Source: Catajapyx aquilonaris
Taxonomy: Eukaryota
Length of the DNA: 59,856 nt
Assembly (NCBI GenBank): GCA_000934665.2
Contig: JYFJ02002291.1
Coordinates: forward strand, 1 to 59,856
Direction: 5' to 3'
The notes under the pieces are model-generated. The model did no database searches. It saw nothing but the letters and a program-made list of their open reading frames with translations, and was not told where the DNA came from. This document shows, in pieces, positions 24,556 through 38,500 of the stretch. The position numbers and the translations under genes are program-made. Numbering within the stretch: the stretch's first letter is position 1; each line of letters starts with the position of its first letter.

Positions 24556-25156
24556 TGCAGTTGAAGCCAGTGAAGTGCAGAAATTTAGCAGCTGCAAGAA
24601 AAATTTTGCTGTTACATCGTCATCACCATAATAATTGTGTCATCAATAGTTGTCTCTTCAGCTTCAATCATTGCTTGTACATATTTACCATTATTTTGCA
24701 ATCTCCACAATGTCGTTTAATCAGTTCTTGTACTCGTTGGATGATGCAGTACGCGGTATACAATAAGACTATAGTCGGTACAACCATTGTATGATGTCAA
24801 ATTATTTCTGGTAAGTTACCACACTTTTATACACTAGTGTATACGCATCAAAAATAAAAATCGTTTCAGATCGTTAAAAAAACCCTGTTTTGTCTCACTT
24901 ACATTATTGAACCAAAAGCAAATAATTTAATTCCAATAATTTATCCATAGGAAAATTTCCACTGATTGTATGCTGTTGTTCTTGCACTTATTACCTCCAA
25001 GTTTGCAGTGGACAAGTGTTGACACATTTTATTGTGGACACAGAAATACAAGGAGAGACTTACAGCAGCCTATACCAAGTACGATGTGATAATACACTCC
25101 AGTAAGGGTCAGTTACAGCGTATCATTGCCAGTATCTGAAGTTGGATTTTCGCTAA

Positions 25157-25200
25157 CAGATAAATATTCGCCTATCTCGATAAGAAGATAAACCTTATCA
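25157..25200 (+). promoter_or_regulatory. Dense GATA-site cluster upstream of aGPCR B, conserved before C and D
   Basis: AGATAA, CTATCT, CGATAA, AGATAA and TTATCA within ~45 bp. Homologous blocks at ~30953-30995 and ~35376-35430; AGATAAGATAAGATA lies upstream of A0 and A. Confidence 0.5.
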
Positions 25201-25313
25201 ACTTAGTAGGTCTTAATTTTGTAATTGGCTTGTAAGACTAGGATGTCAAACATGTGTGGACTCTTTCAGTAGTAGAATGGGGAATTACTGAAAAGAGACG
25301 AACATGCTGTGAA

Positions 25314-28300
25314 ATGCATTTCTTCAGTTTGGGAATAATTCTTGCACTTACAGTCCATTTCTGTGAAGGAGGTAAGTGAATATTTGTAGCCATATGTAGG
25401 AAAATATTGACCACTTTTAAGAGCGATTTAAGATAATAATTAGAGTTGCAGTCAATTTTCTGAAATTTTTTGTTTTCTTTTTAGAATGGACGTGTTTTAC
25501 CACAAATTCAACGACGATTGCGTCTCAGCACATTAACAATGCCATCAAAACACTCGACTCAATTATGAAGGTTAATGCCAAATGTATCTCAGGTTGTACA
25601 TTTTGCTTCATTTTATACCATGTGTTTCATAATTATTTAATAATTACACGTATCTGTCTGCAAAAAAAATCTGAAAATATGCGAATGTCAATCTGACGCC
25701 GAGACATTTTCAGATATGTACGCGCGCAAAATAATATTATGAAACACACATATTTAAAACATTATTGTAAGGATATCCTTAATGGACGATTTACGATTGT
25801 GAATGGAATTATGCAATAATAATTCATCGCACATTGCTTAAAATTGTCTCATCATAATTCCACACAAGACGTTTCTTGTTTCAAGTTGTTCCTACCTATA
25901 AAACCAATTAGGCTAAATTTTAATAGAATAATATTAAGATGTTAATGATATGTTTTCTAAAGGCCCTATCATATCAGTTGAGGAGTGTGAAACAGAGGCC
26001 ACGAAGCACATAGAAGAATATGCCATTGATTTGACGGATCTGATTAAGAGAGGGTCAGCCTATACGCTTATTATTATGTCCTTATCATTACCTGATAATG
26101 AACTGATTTGGTTTGTTTTAGATGCCAAAATATTTCCCAATGTGCCTCAACAATTAACGACAGAATCATGAATCGAGGAAACTGTAGTCCACTACACAGC
26201 ATCATGATTATGATCAACTATGGGCTACACATGGGCTACACATTTGGAGTTGACATAGGCACATGTTACACGTTTGGCCCTAGTTCAGGCACGACAATAC
26301 CGCCAAATAATAGGTTTCCTATAATTCACAAGAAGAGTCCTGATGGTCATACATCGAATGATCAACTGTTCATTGCAAATGCGACACTGGCCTGCTTCAA
26401 CGGTTCTGGTCAGTATTTAATGCACTCCTTGTACTTCCCATTGCCTTTTTAAAACCAGGACATACCTACTGTACAACCAAACAATAATATTTTTCATTAT
26501 GATTATTGCGCAGAAGCTTCAGTAGAAAGATTCGGATGGATAGTGGATATCTGCACAGAAGACAGTCACAGATTCCCTCCAGACGTAGGAATTACACGTC
26601 AGGCTACAACTTACATGCGGTACAGGTAAGGATTAGTTTTCTTTTCAGAGTATGTCACAACAATCATACTCCATATTAAAATTTTAATGGTTCCTGTTGA
26701 TAACTAACAATATTTGGGCATGATAACATTAAGTTAGTTCCAAGCGTTTGTGAAAATAGTATGTTTGTGTGTGACTATGAGCCTATATAATTATACAAAT
26801 ATTACAGATGCCAAGGACGCACCGAATGCGAAGTGCATCTCGACTCATTAGTGCTTGACATAAACGACACCAATTGTCTATCGTCGTCGCCGTTTACAAC
26901 AAGAATGCTCCGAGTGGAATACCAACTGTTGCAAGACATAACACTTTGCCAGAATGTCGGTGCCAAGCTGATTTATAATGTCGACAATTTCTTTTGCTTG
27001 CTGTACGTCGAAGACAAACAACAATGGAGAGATGCAAGAAACCAATGCAGGGCATTAGGAGGAGATCTTCCATACTCTGCATGGGACACTCATGATGACT
27101 TTTTGTCCTATGGAAAGCATCAGGGGCTTGTATGGGCGAAAGGAAATTCTTCTGTAGATATACGAACTCCAACTCAAGGCGATGCTATTATAATGCCTAA
27201 TGAAGCAATCTGGTGGGTTGGAGGAACTTGCTTCCCAATCATCACGGACAAGATCATTACTTCATTTTGCGTCCTGCCTCCCTACCCACATGACTGGGAG
27301 CCAACAACACTATTCCCATCAACAACATCAACCAGCATAACACTAACGACTCCTTCCACACCCACACCCTCCTACAGTTATCCAACAACAACACTTATGT
27401 CAACAACTCATTCACTAGCCTCAACTACGACTTCACATAAAACGTCAACTAAATTATCAACGTCACCAACGTCAACATCATATAAATCACCAACAACATC
27501 AACACCAACTACGGAACCAACAACAACGAAGTCGATTCAGATATCATCAACAACTTCAGCAACATCTACTTATCACCCAACACAATCACCACCAGTGAAA
27601 TCGACAACACGTGCAACTCAGCCAACAACGAGAGGGTCAACCACTTCCACAGCACCAGGCACAACAGTCCCACCCAAAAGCATGTGCAGTGCTGAAACCA
27701 TTCAAGGAGTGACCTGGGGACCGTCCAGTCCAGGGGTGGTCACCAAGAAATGCCCCGACTCTGACGACCAAGCAACTTGGACGTGTGGTGAAGACTATCA
27801 ATGGACCACTCCTTATCCAGACATGAGGTATATAATTAAGGTGTCGGTATATGCCACATATGCGTATGTGGTGCGACAAGTGGCATTTTCCTATCACTCC
27901 TCTTTCCACAGCAACTGCAGTGCTTTTGGACCAGAGTGGGACAAGGCGTCCAAAATGCTCGATGGGAACACATCTGCTTCCCAGGTCATGCTAGATCTAG
28001 CCACCAACATTATGGGCAAGGAATCTGACTTTCAAGCGGGGGATATCAACAACGCCATTGAATTAGTGAATAAGTCAGTAGGAATTCAAGGAGTTCAGCA
28101 CCAGCAGTGTGTGGATCAAGGAAAAGGGTAATTCCACAATATTGGTGACATAATTTTTTAAATATATTTAGTAATTTAAAAAAAGGGAAGAGTGCGAAAG
28201 AGAAGCGACGTTGTATACTGAGGCCACACTGAACGTCACCGGAGCATCTCTGTCCACACCCATGGCATGGAAGACGAATCCGGATAATTACAAGATAGCC

Positions 28301-30604
28301 TCTCAATTCTTCAGTACGGTTGATATCGTCGGAATCAAGGCTACAGAGTGGATCACCCCACAGAATCTTTCTTTGGAAAATATATGTAAGGAACACATTA
28401 AATAGTATCAGTCATTGTGGAGGTTATTAAAGGGTCACTATGTTATGCTGTTAATGGCATCTTTTCATTCATTAGATTTTACTCCAGAGGTTCACACACC
28501 TGGAGAAATGAAAATGAGTGACCTGGAATATGAGTTTCCATCAGGATCAAGCATCAGTCTGCCTCAATGTGCACTCAATGTAACTGGTGTCAACGACATG
28601 TGGAGGGCAACATTTTTCACCTTCTACAAGATGCATCAAATCCTAGGAAACAACATGCTTTTGTGAGTCTCAATTTTTGCCCAGTCAATAAATATTGCAT
28701 GTCTTATCCATCATTTTTAAAATACAGAAACCAGAGTGCGGAAGAAGGCAAAAACTTGAGCGGAATAGTAGTAAGCATACCGGTGGGGACTTTACTAGGC
28801 AGCCATGAAAGTGTCAAATTTGCTCATGGAAAGGCTGTAATTGAGTTAAGGCACGTGTACAGACCCAGAGAGCACAACCTGAGCAATCCCAGATGCGTCT
28901 TTTGGGACACGGATCACAGCACATGGAGCGAGGTAGGCTGTTCGCTCACATCACATCGCGAAGAGTACAGCAGGTGTGAATGCAGCCATCTAACCAACAT
29001 GGCAGTGTTGATGGACTACACTGGTGCTATACACAGAGGAGGAGAGGTCGGTTTTACACTGCTTTGAAAATGAATGAAATAGTCCCACTTAACCTCCTGA
29101 AATCTGTAGGCCTACACATAATTTGTTAATGTCAATTTAAACGAGTGTAACACTTTTCAGTTCGAGTCAGCCATAACCATAATCACGACAGTCGGCTGCA
29201 GCATTTCCATAGCGTGCTTGATCACGGCTCTGATCATCTTCTGGGTGGTTGGATTGGGATCGAACCTGCGAGTCACTATTCACGCCCATCTCTGCCTGTC
29301 ACTACTGGTGGCTCAGGTGACAATGGTGTTCGGACTAGACGCCACTGGAAGCAGGGCAGGATGCAAAGCTGTTGCGATACTGTTGCACTACTTCTTTCTG
29401 ACCGCCTTCTTCTGGATGTTGCTGGAAGGATATCAGCTCTACAATATGATAATTAGGGTATAAGTCATTTTGCTGTGAAGTGTGATTTGCAATGTCATGA
29501 TCAAATCACCATTCCATGTAGTAATTGCGAAGTCAAAAAAATTCATCGAAACCAGTAGGCCCTAATGATAATATTTTCTCTGAATAATTTCAAAACATTA
29601 TGTGCCATTATTGAGCACTTGGAACACACTGTTGCAGGTATTTGACACAATGGGTCTGCGAAAGTGGAAGATTTACCTGACAGGTTATGGCCTGCCACTT
29701 GCTATAGTGTCGATATCAGTAGCTGTACGTTGGGATGGTTATGGCACAAGTGAATAGTAAGTGATCATTATTGGAACAAACAATTTATAACTTCATACGT
29801 ATGTATAACATGCATATATTCTTGCAGTTGCTGGCTAACCAGAAAGGATGGGCTGATTTGGGCATTTTTGGGTCCTGTAGCCGCAATAATTTTGGTGAGT
29901 TTCCTTTCAGTTAACATGTCTCAGTTAAGGCAGTAAATGTTTTCTTGCAGACGAATATTGTTATCTTGGTGGTTACTTTACGGACTGCCCATAAGGCGAT
30001 GCAGAAGAAGGAGGGTCGAGCCATGGCCACTAGGTCGTCCCTGGTCTACTTGAAGGGCTGCGTGTCGCTTATGATACTCTTGGGAGTCACTTGGGTGCTC
30101 GGCCTGTTCCTATTCGCAAATGGTAACCTCACAAAATGGTGCACTGATTGTTTTTGACAATGTGGTACAACATGATCAATTTTTTTAAAGAACCGACTGG
30201 TGTCATTCAAACGCTGGAAGTGGTTTTTGCAGTGTTAAATTCACTTCAGGGAGCCTTCATATTTATCTTCCATTGCATTTACCAAGGGGACGTCCGAAGA
30301 ACATTGCGAAGGAAAATTGACAGGAAGTTCAAATGGCTGTCTCAGGTAAATTCCAATTTTAGCACGATACATGTAAAGAAGACTGCTGATGAGTGACATT
30401 GAACTAGTGGCAATAATGACACATGCTCTCAGTTAATGATATTACAATATTATTAGCACTGTAGTGCCAGACAAATGGCTTGCAATTCATGATAAAATTA
30501 ATTCTGTCGCATTACAGGTTACTACCACATTCAACGGAAGCCAAACGACCAGCAGCACAAGCCGGAAAAACACGCTCCCCACAGTGGTTCAGAATAGTAT
30601 TTGA
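25314..30604 (+). CDS. Adhesion GPCR B (SUEL-like x2, CTLD, ~128-aa Ser/Thr stalk, HRM, GAIN/GPS, 7TM)
   Basis: Signal exon MHFFSLGIILALTVHFCEG (25314-25371); TTYMRYRCQGRTEC...MLRVEYQL; WRDARNQCRALGGDLP; CVFWD...CECSHLTNMAVLM; HYFFLTAFFWMLLEG; NSLQGAFIFIFHC. Last exon 30518-30604 ends VVQNSI*. Confidence 0.93.
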
Positions 30605-31082
30605 AATCTCCAGGAATCCCAATGGCTTATTATTTATATTCCTTACTGAAGTGCAGGGTGACTGAAATATCCATACTGTGCTCAAAAATTCTCACTTCAC
30701 AATCATGTATTTCACTTAAAAATAAATTTGCGGAACCTTCGCCAAGCAGAACTGCATGCTGTATTAATGAGTAACAGCAAGAGCTCCCGGTAAATAGTAT
30801 TAAATCACAACTTATCCCCTTTATTTATTTTGGATAACCTTCAGCGGGAGCCTATACCAAGTAAGATGTGATAATGCACATCAGTATGGGTCAGTAACAT
30901 TACAACTTTATCATTGCCAGTATCTGAAGTTGCATTTTCTGTATAACATGCATAGATAGATATTCGTCTAAAGATAAGAGGATAAACATTATCAATATAT
31001 TAATACTGTCTTGTAAGACTAGGATGTCAAACATGTGCGGACTCTGTCAGTGGTAGAATGGAGAGTGACTAAAAAGTGTACA

Positions 31083-34000
31083 ATGCATTTCTTCAGTTTG
31101 GGAATAATTTTTGGACTTACACTCCATTTCTGTGCAGGAAGTAAGTGAATATTTTGTACACACATTATGTAGGAAAATATTGCCCACTTTTGAAAGTGGT
31201 TTAAGATATAGTTGCAGTGCATTAATCTAAATTTTTTATTTCCTTTTATAGAATGGGCGTGTTTTACCACAAATTCAACGACGATTGCAGCTCAGAAAAT
31301 TAACGATGCCATCAATATACTCGACTCAATTATGAAAATTAATGCCAAATGTATTTCAGGTATGTACGGTACATGTAAAATGTACATTTTGCATCATATT
31401 ATACAATGTATTTCATAATTAAGTTCACATCACTGTATCAGCAAAAAAATCTTCAAATATATGTATGTCAATCGAATGTCTAGACATTTTCACTGATATG
31501 GGTGCGAGCTATGATCTGAAACATACCAGGGTATATTAATAATATTGATAATATGCCTTTAATTCACGATTGCAAGTGGAATATATTATATATGTAATAA
31601 TAATAAAGCCAACCCTTTGCCTTGGTTGAAATTGTCTAATAATCGCGCACAAAATATTTCCTTAATTAGAAAGGTTCCTGCCTATAAAACCCTTAGGCTC
31701 GATTTTAAGTGAATCATTTAAGATGCTAATGATGTTTTCTAAAGGTCGTGGCACATCTGTTGAGAAATGTGAAACAGAGGACACGAAGCGCACAGAAGAA
31801 TATGACATTGATTTGACGGATCTGATTAAGAGAGGGTCAGCATACGATTTGCAGAAAACTTTGATATTATGTCCTTATCAATTAGTTCATTACCTGATAA
31901 TCTACTGATTTGGTTTTGTTTTAGGTGTCAAAATATTTCCCAATGCGCCTCCACCATCAACGACCGAATCATGAATCGAGGAAACTGTGGTCCACAAGAC
32001 AGCATAATGATTATGATCAACTACGGGTCTTCCATAAAAGACGTGGTTGGCTGCACAATTATTGGAGTTGACTCAAACACATGTTACACGTTTGGCCCTA
32101 GTTCAGGCACGACATTACCACCAAATAATAGGCTTCTTACTCCCAAGAAGAGTCCTGATGGTCATACATCGAATGGTCAACTGTTCGTTGCAAATGCGAC
32201 ACTGGCTTGCTTCAATGGTTCCGGTCAGTTTTTTCTTGTACTTCTCATTGCCTTTTTTCAACCAGTATACGTACCTACTGTACAACCAAACAATAATTAT
32301 TTTAATCCTGATTATTGTGCAGAAGCTTCAGTAGAAAGATTCGGATGGATAGTGGATATCTGCAAAGAAGACAGTCACAAATTTCCTCCAGACGTAGGAA
32401 TTACACGTCAGATTACAACTTATATGCGGTACAGGTAAGGATTAGTTTTATCTTCAGAGTATGTCACACCAATCATAAGCCATATTAAAAAATTAATGGT
32501 TACTGTCGATAACTGACAATATTTGGACATGATGTTACAGTAGTTTCAAGCTTTGTTTGTGAAAATATTATACACGTTTGTTGTGTATGTGACTATTAGT
32601 CTATGCAAATTACAGGTGCCAAGGGCGAACCAAGTGCGAAGTGCATCTCGACTCATTAGTGCTTGACATAAATGACACCAATTGTCTATCGTCGTCGCCG
32701 TTTACAACAAGAATGCTTCGAGTGGAATACCAACTGTTGCACAACATAACACTTTGCCAGAATGTCGGTGCCAAGCTGATTTATAGTGACGCCAATTTCT
32801 TTTGCTTGCTGTATGTCGAAGACAAACAACGATGGACAGATGCAAGGAATCACTGCAGGACATTAGGAGGGGATCTTCCATACTTTTCATGGGACACACA
32901 CGATGACATTTTAAGCTATGGAATGCTAAATGGGTCTGCATGGGTCAAAGGAATTTCTTCTGTAGATATACGCACTCCAACTCATGGAGGCGAGATTATA
33001 AGGCCAAATGAAATAATCATGTGGACTAAAGCAAGAGCAATTACAATCTTCACTGACAGGAACATGAGTTTATTTTGCGTCTTGCCTCCCTACCCACATG
33101 ACTTGGAGCCAACAACACCGTACACAACAATATCAACAATACCATCAACAGTGTCAACCACTTCCACAGCACCAGGCACGACATGTCCTTCCAAACACAC
33201 TTGCAGTGATGAAACCATTCAAGGAGTGACCTGGGGGATGGTCACCAAGAAATTCCCTGACTCTGACGACCAAGCTACTTGGACGTGTGGTGAAGACTAT
33301 CAATGGATCACTCCTTATCCAGACATGAGGTAAAGCCTCTATGTGGTGCGACAAGTGGCATTTTCTATCACTCCTTCTCTTTCCACAGCAACTGCAGTCC
33401 TTTTGGACCAGAGTGTGACAAGGTGTCCAAAATGCTCGAAGGAATCACATCTGCTTCTCAGTTCATGCGAGATCCAGCCACCAACATTATGAGCAAGGAA
33501 TCTGACTTTCAAGCGGGGGATATCAACAACACCATTGAATTAGTGAATAAGTCAGTAGGAATTCAAGAAGTTCAGCACCAGCAGTGTGTGGATCAAGGAA
33601 AAGGGTAATGCCACGATACTGTTGGCCCAATGCTTGTACACATAGGTACCGGTATTGCTGATTTTAATTTGAAGGCAAGAGTGCGAAAAGGAAGTGACGT
33701 TGTATACAGAGTCAACATTGAATGTCACCGGAGCATCTCAGTCCACACCCATGGCATGGAAGACGAATCCGGATAATAATTGTTCCAGGTGATAATTATG
33801 CAATACTTGCGCTTCCCACATCTAAATTGGTAAATTAACTCACTGCAGTTAAAACTAATAAGAGCTGCTGAAACAAACAATTCATAACTACTTACCTATA
33901 ACAGGTGCATGTATTCTTGCAGTTGCTGGCTAACCAGAATGAATGGGCTGATTTGGGCATTTTTGGTTCTGGTAGTCGCAATTGTTTTGGTAAGTTTATT

Positions 34001-34745
34001 TTCACTTGACATGTCTCAGTTAAAGCAGTGAAAGTTATTTTTTTCCAGGTATATATTGTTATCTTGGAGGTTACTTTACGGACTGCTCGTAAGGCGATGC
34101 GGAAAAAGGAGGGTCGAGCCAATGGTCGAGCGGGTCGAGCCATGGCCACTAGATCGTCTGTGATCTACTGGAGGGGATGCGTGTCGCTTATGATACTCTT
34201 GGGAGTCACCTGGGTGATCGGCCTGTTCCTATTCGCAAATGGTAACCTCATCACAAAATGGTGCACGGATTGTTTTTGACAATGTGGTACAACATGGTCA
34301 ATTTTTTTTAAAGAACCGGCGACGGGTGTCATTCAAACGCTGGAAGTGGTTTTTGCAATGTTAAATTCACATCACGGCGCCTTCATATTTATCTTTCATT
34401 GCAGTTACCAAGGGTATGTCCGAAGAACATTGCGAAGAAAAATCGATAGGAAGTTCAAATGGCTGTCTCAGGTAAATTCCACTTTTAGCACAATACATGT
34501 AAAGAAGCCTATATGACTGCCGAGTAACATTCAACTAGTGGCTATAATGACACGTACTCTTATAGTTAATACAGTAATATTACTATATTATTAGCACTGT
34601 AATGCCAGACAACTGGCTTGCAATTCATGATAAAATTAACTCTGTGACATTACAGGTTACTACCACATTCAACGAAAGCCAAACGACCAACAGCAATACA
34701 AGCCGGAAAAACACTCTCCCCACAGTCGTTCAGAATAGTGTTTGA
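31083..34745 (+). pseudogene. aGPCR copy C: internally deleted (lacks most of GAIN, the GPS and TM1-4); retained exons still open
   Basis: Paralogous to B and D. Homology breaks at ~33778 (KTNPDN) and resumes in the intron before the CWL exon (~33880). The HRM is damaged (TWGMVTKKFPD vs TWGPSSPGVVTKKCPD) and NSLQG is changed to NSHHG. I found no frameshift or stop in the retained homologous exons. Confidence 0.7.
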
Positions 34746-35249
34746 AATCTCGGAATCACAATGGCTTATTTATATTTCTTACTGAACATCAGGGTGGCTG
34801 AAATATCCCTCCTGTGCACAAAAATTTTAAATAAATGCTTCTTCGCATATATTTTATACTTAAAAATTGTGCGGAACATTCGCCAAGCAGAACTGCATGT
34901 TGTACTAATGAGTAACAGTATTAAATCACAACTTATCATTTTTCACAGTGCAAATTCTTTATTTGGGATAACCTGCATCGACCTGTATTACACTTCGTAT
35001 ATCCGTTGTTGATGTTGTCAGACAGCTCATGTCAAACCCGCCATTAGTAATAAGTTGTTCTTGCACTAATAAATGGTATAAGTATAAGGTAATAAGTCTT
35101 ATTATACCTCCAAATTAATGGCTATAGGTGGACATTGTCCACCTATATCCATGAATTTGAACGGGCCAATCATTGTCCACTGGACCCATTTAAGGAGGAC
35201 ACAGAAATACAAGGAGAGTCCTACAGCAGCCTGTGAAGTATGCTATGAC

Positions 35250-35313
<64 letters not shown>
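35250..35313. repeat. (AAT)n microsatellite
   Basis: About 21 units; absent from the paralogous upstream regions of B and C. Confidence 0.95.
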
Positions 35314-35314
<1 letters not shown>

Positions 35315-35544
35315 ATCAGGGAGGGTCAGTTACAACGTCATTGCCAAGTATACCCGAAGTTGGAATTTTGCTATCAGATAGAGTCATAGAGATATTCGAC
35401 TATCTCGATAAGAAGATAAACCTTATCAACCTTTAGTCGGTCTTAATATTTTGTAATTGACTTGAAATATGTCAAACATCAGCGGTCTCTTTCAGTGGTA
35501 GGCATGCCCCTCCATGGAGAATGACTGAAAAGGGAACATGTGCA

Positions 35545-38500
35545 ATGCGCTTCTTCAGTCTCGGAGTAATTTTTGCAGTTACAGTACCCTTCTGTGCAGG
35601 CGGTAAGTGAAATTTTCATAGCTATATGTGCAGATAAATATTGCTCACTTTCGAGAGTTTTTAAAAACTACGGTAGTTGCAATGCCGTTTATATATTTTT
35701 TCTGTTTCTTATTAGAATGGGTGTGTTTTACCACAAATTCAACGACGATTGCATCTCAGAAGATTAGCGATGCCATCGAAATACTAGAATCAGTTATTAA
35801 AGTCAATGCCAAATGTATTTCAGGTTGTACATTTTGCTTCATTTTATTCAGTGTGTTTCGCATCAGTATCTGCAAAATAGTCAAGTAGTGTTAGACATAC
35901 TCTATTAAACTATAATTATTTTGAATAAGATACAAGTTATTAATGATATGTTTTTCTAAAGGCCTTAGCACCGCTGTGGAGGAGTGTGAAACGGAGACCA
36001 TAAATCCCATAGAAGAATATGCCATTGATTTGACGGATCTGATTAAGAGCGGGTCAGACAATGCTTTGCAGATAAACTTTGATATGTCCTTATAGTACTA
36101 CCTGATAATGAACTGATTTGGTTTGTTTTAGGTGCCCAAATATTTCCCAATGTGCCTCAGCAATGAACGACAGAATCATGAATCGAGGAAACTGTGGTCC
36201 ACAAGACATCATAATGTTTATGATCAACTACGGGTCTTCCGTCAAAGAGGAAGGTTTTGTCAGCACAACTGGAGTTGAATCAAACATACCATGTTACACG
36301 TTTGGCGCTGGTACAGACATGACATTACCGCCGATGAGTCCTAATATTACATCGTATGATCAACTGTTCATTGCAAATGCGACACTGGCATGCTTCAATG
36401 GCTCCGGTCTGTATTGATGTTCTTGTACTTCCCAGTAATATTTTTAAAAACCATTACTGTACGATCGGATATTATATTTTTCATTCTGCCTGTTGTGTAC
36501 AATCTTCAGTAAGAAGCTACGGATGGGTAGTGGAGTTCTGCATGGCAGACAGCCACCGTCTGCCGCCAGACGTAGGATATACACGTCAGGTTACAACTTA
36601 CATGCGGTACAGGTAAGTTAATTAGTTTTACTTTCAAAGTGTGTCTGTGACAATTAGCCTATGCAAATTGCAGGTGTCAAGGGCGAAACGAATGCGAAGT
36701 GGATCCCTTCATATTGGCGTCTGATATAAATGACACCAACTGTCTAGAGGAGTGGTCCCCGTTCAAAAATAGAATGCTCAGAGTAAAGTACCAACTAGTG
36801 CAAAACTTAACACTCTGCCCTAATGAAAGTAGGCCTACCAAGCTGATTCCTAATGTCAATAATTCGTTTTGCTTGCTGTTTGTTGAGGACGAACAACAAT
36901 GGTCAGAAGCAAGAAATTACTGCAGGTCATTAGGAGGGGATCTTCCATACTATGCATGGGACACTTATGGTGACTTTTTGTCCTATGGAAAGCATGAGGG
37001 GCTTGTATGGGCGAAAGGAAATTATTCTGTAGATATACGAACTCCAACTCAAGGCGATGATATTATAATGACTAATGAAGCAATCTTGTGGGGTGGAAAA
37101 ACTTGCGTCGCAATCATGACGGACAAGAACATGAGTTCATTTTGCGTCCTGCCTCCCTACCCACCTGACTGGGAGCCAACAACACTATTCCCATCAACAA
37201 CATCAACCAGCTTAACACCAACGACTCCTTCCACACCCACACCCTCCTCCAGTTATCCAACAACAACACTTATGCCAACAACTCATTCACTAGCCTCAAC
37301 TACGAGTTCACATAAAACGTCAGCTAAATTATCAACCCCACCAACGTCAACATCATATAAATCACCAACAACATCAACATCAACTACGGAATCACCAACA
37401 CTACAATCTACTCAGATATCAACAACAAAAACAGCATCAACATCTACGGAACCAACAACAATAAAGTCGACTCAGATTTCATCATCAACAACATCATCAA
37501 CTACAGAACCAACAACGCAATCAACTCAGATATCAACAACAAAAACAGCATCAACATCTACGGAACCAACGACAATAAAGTCGACTCAGATTTCATCATC
37601 ATCAACATCATCAACTACAGAACCAACAACGCAATCAACTCAGATTTCAACAACAACAACAACACCATATACAGAACCAACAACGAAGTCGACTCAGATA
37701 TTATCAACATCTTCAGCAACATCTACTTATCACACAACACAATCACCGCCAGTGAAATCGACAACACGTACAACTCAGCCAACAACGAGAGGGTCAACCA
37801 CTTCCACAGCACCAGGCACAACAGTCCCACCCAAAAACATGTGCAGTGCTGAAACCATTCAAGGAGTGACCTGGGGACCCTCCAGTCCAGGGGTGGTCAC
37901 CAAGAAATGCCCTGACTCTGACGACCAAGCTACTTGGACGTGTGGTGAAGACTATCAATGGACCACTCCTTATCCAGACATGAGGTATGGTAAGCCTCAT
38001 GTGGTGCGACAAGTGGCATTTTCCTATCACTCCTTCTCTTTCCACAGCAACTGCAGTGCTTTTGGACCAGAGTGGGACAAGGCGTCCAAAATGCTCGAAG
38101 GGAACACATCTGCTTCTCAGGTCATGCTAGATCTTGCCACCAACATTATGGGCAAGGCATCTGACTTTCAAGCGGGGGATATCAACAACGCCATTGAATT
38201 AGTGAACAAGTCAGTAGGAATTCAAGAAGTTCAGCACCAGAAGTGTGTGGATCAAGGAAAAGGGTAATGCCACAATATTGGTGACATAAGTTTTTTAAAT
38301 TAATTTAGTAACTTAAAAAAGGGAAGAGTGCGAAAGAGAAGCGACGTTGTATACTGAGGCCACACTGAACGTCACCGGAGCATCTCTGTCCACACCCATG
38401 GCATGGAAGACGAATCCTGATAATTACAAGAAGGCCTCTCAATTCTTCAGTACTGTTGATATCATTGGAATCAAGGCTACAGAGTGGATCACCCCACAGA

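Noticed and set aside
35118..35436. Poly-Asn and poly-Ile ORFs (also 52398-52670 and the YLSI repeat at 59084-59323)
   Set aside because: Translations of (AAT)n and (GATA)n microsatellites.
37404..37700. Regularly spaced repeats as a possible CRISPR-like array
   Set aside because: Eukaryotic coding mucin repeat with no unique spacers and no cas genes.
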